From Cyanidioschyzon merolae (taxonomy: Eukaryota): a stretch of 64,000 nt of DNA. A program made the translations under genes and the position numbers. Of the stretch, positions 56,364-64,000 are shown piece after piece (the stretch's first letter is position 1; every line of letters begins with the position of its first letter). The notes below the pieces were generated by a model, which ran no database searches, was not told the DNA's origin, and saw only the letters and a program-made list of their open reading frames with translations. Location of the stretch: the NCBI GenBank assembly GCA_000091205.1, contig AP006484.2; one strand, given 5' to 3'.

Positions 56364-57792
56364 CTTTACACCCACGTCACTGTAAAATACAATCGATTTA
56401 TCACCAACGCCGCATAACCGAAAGCTCGGATCGCTTCAACCTCTCATAAGCACCAAACCGTTTGCGAGCAATGCTAGGCTTGCCATCCGTTGCCGTGCTC
56501 ATCTCCGGCATTCAATACACCGGTATCGCTATTCCACCAGGCCTCGTCCGTCGTCGTCGTTCAGCGGCGCTGGTGGCAGCGCTCAGCATTCACGATGACC
56601 CAGTTTCCAGCTCGTATCGATGTATTCCACACAACAACGAAAGTCCTCATCCATACAATGCTTGGCAGGTTCAGCTTCTGGGTACACAGCCGCGGTGCGC
56701 CCTTCGCAGCCGCTAACACTCGGTTGTCGTCAGGGATGCAAATGTTGCCGCCACACCGCCGCCTCATGCTCCCCTGAGCGCCGCTCTGAGGCACATCAAG
56801 ACTTGGACCAGCGCTCGCTTCTCGGCATTGACGGACGCCCACAGAGCGCTATTCGAGACGCCCTCACCCGCTGTCGATCCTGGTGCGGTTTCCCGGGATG
56901 TCGTCCCGCTTCTGGTTGATACCTTGCGCCGGTGCTCTGTCCGCGGTGCATACGATGGGGGCGCCATGCTCCCAGCCGCATCCGCATGTGGGATATTCGG
57001 TCATGTACAGGATGCAATACGTGCGGGACGGGAAATCCTTACTGCACAACTGGATCCTACGCGTCGATCCGCCTATGCTTCGTCCATGAACAACGGTGAC
57101 GCAGGCTCCACTGGAGTGCGGGTGCTGTGATGGCTCCAGCCCGAGTCCAAGGCGCTTTCGCGAGGAAACAGAAGAGACGGAGACGTCTCGCGGACGCATC
57201 CCACGAGATGTGATGTGCAGCCGTGGACTCGCGTCTCGTCGGTGTTCGCAACGAGACAGAAAGCGAGCGCGTGGACAGCGGAGATCGTCTCTCGAACGGA
57301 GTCGATGATTCGACGCACGAAGCTCAGTGAGCGTCTGGCACGATGCTGTGACATACTTGTCAAGCGGCAAGGTAGAGTGCTTTCCCTCGTCAGTCCGGAC
57401 GCGGCACCTGCTGCGCGTACGTGTTGCCTCGAAACCGAACGATCGCATACTTGAGGCGTGTGTGGATTCGGCACGCTTTACGTAAGGAGAAGCGAAGAAC
57501 AGACGCTTGCCCGTCTGCACTGCATCGTGATACCGTCCAGCTTACGAACACTGGGTCGAGGGCGTCGCGACTCCTCTTGGACTCGGTCGAGAGTACGGAT
57601 AGCAGCGGCGAGGCGTCCGTGAAGTCACTTGGAAAAACTTCCGAGCCTCTCTGAATGACGCACGAGTTCGTGAGCCGTCACCGCTGGACTTGGAATACCG
57701 AAGCTGTCCATGTAAAGCATAGCTCGGAAAAATAGATACAGACAAATAGAACGAGCAGGTCAGTGTTTCATTTTACCTGAAACGTGTATAGA
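56364..57792. repeat. Direct repeat copy B (about 1.43 kb), downstream of the GH31 gene
   Basis: Second copy of the 50394-51830 element in the same orientation, about 5.97 kb downstream. Flanks differ on both sides, so this is a two-copy repeat around a single-copy gene. Confidence 0.9.
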
Positions 57793-58149
57793 TCTCGTGG
57801 TGCGAAAAAACAAGATACTCGTGCGCTTGTTCGGCGAAACCTGAGAGCGTTCGCAGGATCTGTCTATATTCTGGAGCAGTGGACGCCCGCAGGTTCCAGG
57901 CCCCGGTCAAGACCCGTTCTTTTTCACGCAACGAGCTGCCGGAGACGCCCCTGCAAAAGCACATGTGCGCTGGCGTTTTTCCCATGGACGTCACGAATGC
58001 TACGTTTCGAACAACCGCCCAAGTCCAGAGCTCTTGAACGACTCCAGCAACTATCGTCACAGCATGCCTGTGCCGTTCAGATACAAAGCACGTTCTCTTG
58101 GAGACGCATTGCCCGTCCTTCCTGGACATCACGACGACACCTGCACCGT

Positions 58150-60273
58150 TCACACATTGGACACGTTTTTCTGGATACGCATCGCCCATCTTTCCAGGAG
58201 ACGAGATTTTCGAGCGAGCGGGTCCGCAGCTAACGCCCGAATAGCATCCCGCAGCTGAATTGTCGAGTATGCGCTCATCCCACGTGGCAACGTCGAAGAC
58301 GCAGCCGACGCTTCTGGTGCTGTGCTTGCGTGCTGCCGCGCAGCCAGCCGTGGTTTGGTACGACGCTCCGACTCCCAGTCTGGCTCCGCTGTGGTGCCAT
58401 CGTTGGCGTCTGCTCGTTCGTAATCGGTTGTAGAGGGACGCGTACGCGTTGGAACAGGACGCTTTCGGCGAGCTGCAGTCAGTGCAGCGAGCATTCCACT
58501 CAGCGCCACATTGGTCTCCTGGACTTTTTCCCGTTGACGAGCTTGCTCCAACGCAAGCCGACGGTGATGGAGCTGGACTCCAGTATCGGCGTTCTCACCC
58601 TCGTCTGGCAGGTTCAGCGCATATCGCTTTCGAGCTCGCTCTTCCAAGAGTTTCTTGCGCTGCTGTGCCAGCACACGTCGTACAGATGATTCGGGTACAA
58701 CCAGAGTCAGCGCGTATCGGGGATATGCCTGGCGCCTAGCTGCTGTCCACTGGAGCGTGCGCTCGAGCACTTGCCGCAGTCGCGTCTCTGCGGCCTGACT
58801 GAGCAGGGCAAGGCATGACTTGGCTGCCCGCAGGTTCCCGTGTCTCTGGAGCGCCTCCAGGAAACGCGCTGTTAACGCTTGCTGATCGAGGAGAAACGAT
58901 TCCGGTGCGGCGTCTACGACCGCAGTGACAACATTCTCCTGTTCCAGAAGAGCTCGTTCTCGTTCCAAGTCTACCTTGACGAGACGCTCTACATCGTCGT
59001 CATCGTCGTTGCCAGTATCTTCAGGCCCAGGGCTTGCAGCACTTCCGTCTGGTTCATTGGCGGCATTATCTTCATCGTCATCATCATGCTCCCTTGTCTG
59101 AGTACCTGCTGCTGCTGCCGACGATACAGCGCTTTCGATTGCAATCATAGGGCCAGCGCCGGCTGCTGCATGGCGTTGCGAAGCGAGGGATGCTCCACCA
59201 ACAACTCCGCCCGCCTCGCGAGCACTCTGCAACGACTGCGCGTAGGGTAGTGAGTTCGCACTCGGCACCGGCCTGGAGCCTGGCATGGATCGTCGCTCAG
59301 CGCTGGCTCCTCCGGGGCGCGTGCCCGAGGGAGTAGGGTGCGTTTTGGGAAGCGCAGTGACCTCGCTCCCGACGACAGCTGCCGGCATGCCCGTTCGGCT
59401 CGTTACTGGATCAGCGCTTGGTGGCTCCGTTCGTGATGCAGGTGCGGGAGCGTCTCCAGTTGCCGACCCAGCCGTCCCTGAAGTCGATGCTGCAGGTGCC
59501 TGCCGCGGTGCAGTGCAGAAGCGCACAAAGTCGCCCCAGAGATCCGGCACAGCACCATCCGTCGCTCGGTGAAAGAGTTCCCGCAGTGCTCTCCGAAATG
59601 AATGATAGTCTGTACGATCCTCGGCGAGTTCGCAGAGCTTATCACGAATCGCCCGTCGATACGAATTGAAGACATTCAACTGCGATGCATCCAGGCTATT
59701 CAAAGAAGCCTGACGTCCACGCATATGCTCTAAGAGTCGTCCCATGAAGTAACGCGCAAAGCGTTGGGCGAGGAAGAGCTCCGACTGGCGCTGCTGCGGC
59801 GTTCGACTCGAGTTCGGGTTCGCTGCTGGTGTTGCCCCCGAAGGCGCCGTTATCGTTGCTGTTGTTAGCGGCGGTGGCGGCAGTGGTGGTGACGTACCTG
59901 CACCAGTCGATGCTGCTCGTTCGCCTGCACCGGCTCGGGCTGCTGTCCCGATGCTTGCCGCACTCGCCACCGCGACTGGCGTCTGTGCTGCACCCTGGCG
60001 ACCGGCGAGGGCGCTCGCACTGGATGACGTGCTCAGTGGCACGGAAAGCAACGATGCTCCCACTCCGTTCCCATTGCCACCCTGTCGGTAACTGCTTGAC
60101 TGGATCAGCGACGCTAGGGTATCGATTTCCCGCTGTAGCGCCCCGTCGCCATCTGGAGCGCGTGCTCCCCGTAAACTAGAAACGTACTCGTCTAGGGCTG
60201 CACCGGGTGCAGCCGCTTCCGACTGATCCCTCGTTGGTCCGGCAGATCGTGCCCTAGGCGATGCCCTTCTCAT
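58150..60273 (-). CDS. Putative TFIID subunit TAF4-like protein. Divergent, with a long low-complexity N-terminus.
   Basis: The C-terminal region 'FLLDQQALTARFLEALQRHGNLRAAKSCLALLSQAAETRLRQVLERTLQWTAARRQAY...' aligns in pattern with the conserved TAF4 C-terminal domain (compare human 'FLLQAPLQRRILEIGKKHGITELHPDVVSYVSHATQQRLQNLVEKISETAQQ'). Downstream is a basic coiled region ending '...LAALTAARRKRP'. The track start at 60339 is GTG and the first ATG is at 60271-60273. The rest is Ala/Pro/Ser/Thr-rich. Confidence 0.5.
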   Translation of the reverse strand: MRRASPRARSAGPTRDQSEAAAPGAALDEYVSSLRGARAPDGDGALQREIDTLASLIQSSSYRQGGNGNGVGASLLSVPLSTSSSASALAGRQGAAQTPVAVASAASIGTAARAGAGERAASTGAGTSPPLPPPPLTTATITAPSGATPAANPNSSRTPQQRQSELFLAQRFARYFMGRLLEHMRGRQASLNSLDASQLNVFNSYRRAIRDKLCELAEDRTDYHSFRRALRELFHRATDGAVPDLWGDFVRFCTAPRQAPAASTSGTAGSATGDAPAPASRTEPPSADPVTSRTGMPAAVVGSEVTALPKTHPTPSGTRPGGASAERRSMPGSRPVPSANSLPYAQSLQSAREAGGVVGGASLASQRHAAAGAGPMIAIESAVSSAAAAGTQTREHDDDDEDNAANEPDGSAASPGPEDTGNDDDDDVERLVKVDLERERALLEQENVVTAVVDAAPESFLLDQQALTARFLEALQRHGNLRAAKSCLALLSQAAETRLRQVLERTLQWTAARRQAYPRYALTLVVPESSVRRVLAQQRKKLLEERARKRYALNLPDEGENADTGVQLHHRRLALEQARQREKVQETNVALSGMLAALTAARRKRPVPTRTRPSTTDYERADANDGTTAEPDWESERRTKPRLAARQHASTAPEASAASSTLPRGMSAYSTIQLRDAIRALAADPLARKSRLLERWAMRIQKNVSNV

Positions 60274-61995
60274 GGAACGCGGTTGACAGGGGGTTTCCTT
60301 GCTGGAGTACGTCGCACCCGCGGACGCCTGTGCTTGCACTCGCAGGAAGCGTACGCGTTTTACGGCTGCTCGACGGCACCCCCGGCGACCGCGGAGAAGC
60401 TCACTCGAGTCTACGCAGTTGTAGACGCTGGTCCTAGGGCTCTGAAACTCCTGCTGGAAGCGCGTTTAGTAGGAAAGCGACTCGCTAGAAGAACGCCCCC
60501 GTAAAAGCGGTCGGTATATATAGACGCTGTTGGTTGAAGTGTTCAGCGCCGGAGCATGAGGCGCAGGATAGCGGCGTTCGCGTGCCCTGGAACTGTTCTC
60601 CCTGCAGTGCTCCGGGAAAAGTGTTTGCAACAGCCGTTTGTTTACACTGTGTGCTTCAAGTGAGGGGTTCACGAGGAAGGTTCCTGAGGACGAGAACTGG
60701 AGTGTGCCTGAAGGGTTCGCGCTCGCGCCTCTAGAAGTGGCTTTTGGGCGCGAACGACGCTGCTGTTGTGGGTGTACGCTTCGGCACCAGCTGACAGGTC
60801 ACTGGTAACGTGGAGAACCCCTGTGAGCAGTTGGAAGTATTTGGTTCGTCTAGGTCGGCACAGGTGTTGCATCCTGGTTCGCTTTTCGCGTTCTTGGCTT
60901 TGTTGAGAGCAAGTTGGAGCACGGGCGGTAACGAGGCCGGACGAGCGCCTATAAGAACCGAACTTCAACTGCTTGTCCAGTGCTGTGGCCGTGCTTCCTT
61001 ATAGCGTTCACTGTAGGAGGACCGATCAAAGTCTCTGGTGGCGTTACAGGCTTGGGCGGCGACTCGCTCGCGCAGCTTTACGTCATGGTCTACGAGTGCA
61101 CGGTAGCGGGCGGGTTGCGAGCACGCGTTGGGGAGAACGCGCTCGAGAACCAGGCTCTCTGTCGAAGTGCTCGGCAGAACGACTGGTGGTTTCACCTCGA
61201 GTCGCTGCCGTCCCCGCACTGCGTCCTGGAGAACCCAAACGGGGCCTGGAGAGAGCCCCCTCGCGAAGCAGTTTTGGCTTGTGCTCAGCTCGTGAAAGAG
61301 CGTTCAAAATGGCGTCAGGTGCATCGCGTCACGGTTATCTATCTACCGGCCAAATATGTCAGCAGGAGACATCTTCAATCGGACGAAAAACCTGGCAGTG
61401 TCGTGTTGCTGAAAGAGCCCCGTCGAGTCGTCATTTAGGGACCCATAGGGATATCAGGAGAAAGAACGCGAGCGCACATCGGCACACTGATAATCATATG
61501 CAGCGCCACTGAAACGTACTTACTCATTCATGCGTACCGTCATCGACATGTGACGGAGTGCTTCGTCATGCTTGCACATAACGACGATCCGCGGGCAATT
61601 CGGTAAAGATACGCATTACCTTGCACCGCCAGCGTGGATTTGTATCCCCGCGCATCAAGTTGGTACGTGTGAGAACCGTACATCATTCGACATGGAGAAG
61701 CGCTCGGCACCTGCGTCACGAGATGCACAGTGCGATCCATGAGCTGTTTTCTACAGGCGTTGGAGAAGGTCGCTTTGTGCACACGTGCAGCCAACTGACG
61801 TATTCTTAACTGGTTTCTGAAACCGTCTATCCGAGAAACATTCTATAAGCACAGGATGGTCCTCTCGACAGAGGTAACCATCAGCCGGCGTATACGTGTT
61901 CGTGAAGCGAAGCACCGAGAAGCTGTATCTTATGGGTTCGTGCTCCGGAGCCGAGCGCTGCCTGCGGTAACAAGGTGAAAGCCGTTGACGATCTA

Positions 61996-62026
61996 AGGAC
62001 GGCCTGCCTGTCTCTCTCTCTCTCTT
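61996..62026. repeat. (TC)n dinucleotide microsatellite
   Basis: Direct read: tctctctctctctctttctg (about 9 TC units). Confidence 0.7.
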
Positions 62027-63002
62027 TCTGAGAATGCTCATTCCCGCCATTGGGACCGTGTCGCATACGTACCTTCACAAGATTGATGGCGATGCAAACG
62101 GAACGGTTTCCTCTTGCTTCGAATAGAGACGCAGGATGCATACGCGGAGGCCCCTAACAGCGTCAAGGCGCATGCGACACCATTCCGAGCGACCTTCACT
62201 AGCATAGGAAGCACTCGCTATCCCGTTCGGATACTTGATCCAGGGTGCCTCGACGTCTGCTTCCGCGTAAAAACTGTTGTTCTGACATGCTACAGTCTAC
62301 TTCGGTTCCAGCTTCGAAGACGTGAGCATAGCCCGTAATTTGCCTGCAGTCCACACAGCAATTCCGCTCCAGATCTGTATTTTACGCAATGTTCATGCAG
62401 CGCGCGTCTCGAGGTACGCACGCGCCTTTCGAAACAAGTGGTACAGCCCGGTCGCGCACACGAAAACGTTCACCGTTGCCAGACTGTAGTTCTTGGGTAC
62501 TATCTGGAACGACCACCGTGCCCAGATCGCCCCAGTTGCTGCAAGCGCTACGTTCTGTGCCGTGGACACTCGATCAACAGGGCGATTTAGATCCCGGATA
62601 CCAGCGATGACTAGCGCCCACTTCATAGCCGGCGCCCAGAAGAACACCGTGCGTGGCCCCGCCGGGCTATTGATGAACTGGCGAAGCCGCGACGCAGACG
62701 CCGTGGAGGCAGTTCCAGTGCCAGACTGACCCGGAGGCTTCATTTCACCCATAGTCAGCAGATAACGAATAAATCGTATACACGTAAGTTGCCAGCGCTA
62801 GCCCTCGTCTGATACCGTCCAGACAACGGCCAAGCAGCGTGCGCAAGCGATCGAGGGTAGGGCGTTAGAGCGTCGTGCGCTGCAACTGAAGCGCCAACGA
62901 TCAAAAGCATCGAGATCGCAAAAGAAGTATGACACTAATGTATAGAACTATACAAAAGGTGAATGCGCCTCTGACGCTGCTGCATGCTGGTGTGTGATGT
63001 CC

Positions 63003-63160
63003 ACGCACAGCACGGCACGGCACGGCACGGCACGGCACGGCACAGCACGGCACGGCACGGCACGGCACGGCACGGCACGGCACGGCACGGCACAGCACGG
63101 CACGGCACGGCACGGCACGGCACGGCACGGCACGGCACAGCACGGCACAGCACGGCAGCG
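63003..63160. repeat. (CACGG)n pentanucleotide tandem array, about 30 units, with occasional CACAG variants
   Basis: Direct read: cacagcacggcacggcacggcacgg... running continuously for about 155 bp. It generates the spurious 'HGTARHGTAR' and 'CRAVPCRAVP' ORFs in all frames on both strands. Confidence 0.9.
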
Positions 63161-64000
63161 GCGCGCGAAACGTCGAGCAGACCTCTGGTCGGTCATGCAC
63201 GCACGCAGCATCCTCGTGCATCGAAGCTTTTCATGGCGGCAAGCACGTTGGAAATGAAGCAGGAACGATCATCCAGACGTGTACGTACTGTGTTCCATGC
63301 AGAACAGTGAATGCTGGAACAGCAGTGCCAACGCGTTCTTTCTGTTTCTATTTGATCCCCTCGCGGGTGTACATCAATGGGAATGCACCTTGGGATTGAG
63401 TCAAGGTCGAGCAACAAGGCTTCAGGCTACTACTGCTCGCTTTGGACGGAATGGCACCACTTGCACGAGTCTGATATGCTACGGTTAGCAGGTTGATGGA
63501 CCATCATTCATGTAGTTCGTACCCTGAACGTACTGCACCACACACAGAACTTTTCAAGTCTGTCCATGGGACTGCATCCTCTTCAATCGGTAGCAATCCA
63601 TAAGGTCTTTGATTAGTACCATCAAAGGAGCCATAAAATGTCGAGTTTGCTACTCGGTCTATATGAGTGGCGGGTCATAGACGGGGCTAGGAAGAGACAG
63701 CGCTCTTCTAGACATGCTCAAAAAACAGAATATTGTCCAACGATCATCGAAAGTCTAGAAGTATCGAATGACAGGCGCTTTCGAGCCTTTTCTGACCCGC
63801 TCCCTGCCATCAGCTCCAGTTCCTCCTTGTGCACTTCGACCCCGAGTAGCTGCCCCACAAATTTAGATCGCCTTAGCTCCACTGGTCGTGTCTCCAGCAC
63901 CGCATATCGTCTGATGTTGACAGCGGCTTTAGAGTGTCAGTTCACAAACCCCGTGCATTTCTTGCCGCTCGTTGAACGCACCTCTACTCCACCTCCTCCT

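Noticed and set aside
50394-57792. Direct repeats interpreted as LTRs of a retrotransposon
   Set aside because: No TG...CA termini and no terminal inverted repeats. The internal region encodes a glycosidase rather than gag/pol. No PBS or PPT was evident next to the repeats.
6-60339. Non-ATG 'M' starts in the ORF track (GTG at 6, 15334, 21198, 44570, 60339; TTG at 10266, 37356, 52178)
   Set aside because: Artefact of an ORF caller that allows alternative initiators. For a eukaryotic nuclear genome the first in-frame ATG was used instead, which matches the homologues' N-termini for CCT3.
63003-63160. (CACGG)n as a telomere
   Set aside because: Does not resemble known telomere repeat families. 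Unique sequence continues for about 800 bp beyond it to the window end.
1-64000. Prokaryotic defence island, operon or CRISPR array
   Set aside because: Gene content is unambiguously eukaryotic (CCT, CLN3, ANTH, TAF4-like, PHD-JmjC). No spaced repeats, no cas-like or phage-like ORFs, and mixed-strand monocistronic layout.

Overview
This window looks like eukaryotic nuclear DNA, not a prokaryotic island. It holds about 15 long protein-coding ORFs on mixed strands, spaced roughly one gene per 4 kb, and every one is uninterrupted, so there is no sign of introns. Coding regions are GC-rich (about 58-62%) and the spacers are more AT-rich. The recognisable products are ordinary eukaryotic housekeeping proteins: an ANTH-domain clathrin assembly protein, a PHD-JmjC demethylase, the CCT gamma chaperonin subunit, an LRR/WD40 protein, a Maf pyrophosphatase, CLN3/battenin, an Hbs1-like GTPase, MnmG/MTO1, the Mg-chelatase H subunit (ChlH), a rhomboid protease, a GH31 glycosidase and a TAF4-like protein. 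ChlH combined with the near-absence of introns points to a compact photosynthetic protist, for example a cyanidiophyte red alga, but that is inference only. The ORF track marks its first codon as 'M' even when it is GTG or TTG, so several starts were moved to the first in-frame ATG. No CRISPR array, rRNA gene or convincing tRNA gene was found. The structural highlights are a pair of roughly 1.43 kb direct repeats (about 99% identical) flanking the GH31 gene, a (CACGG)n array of about 30 units, a few promoter- or UTR-proximal microsatellites, and two ORF-poor stretches of about 5 kb each. I see no evidence of a novel defence-type system here. The honest reading is an ordinary gene-dense eukaryotic region with a few structural oddities worth checking.
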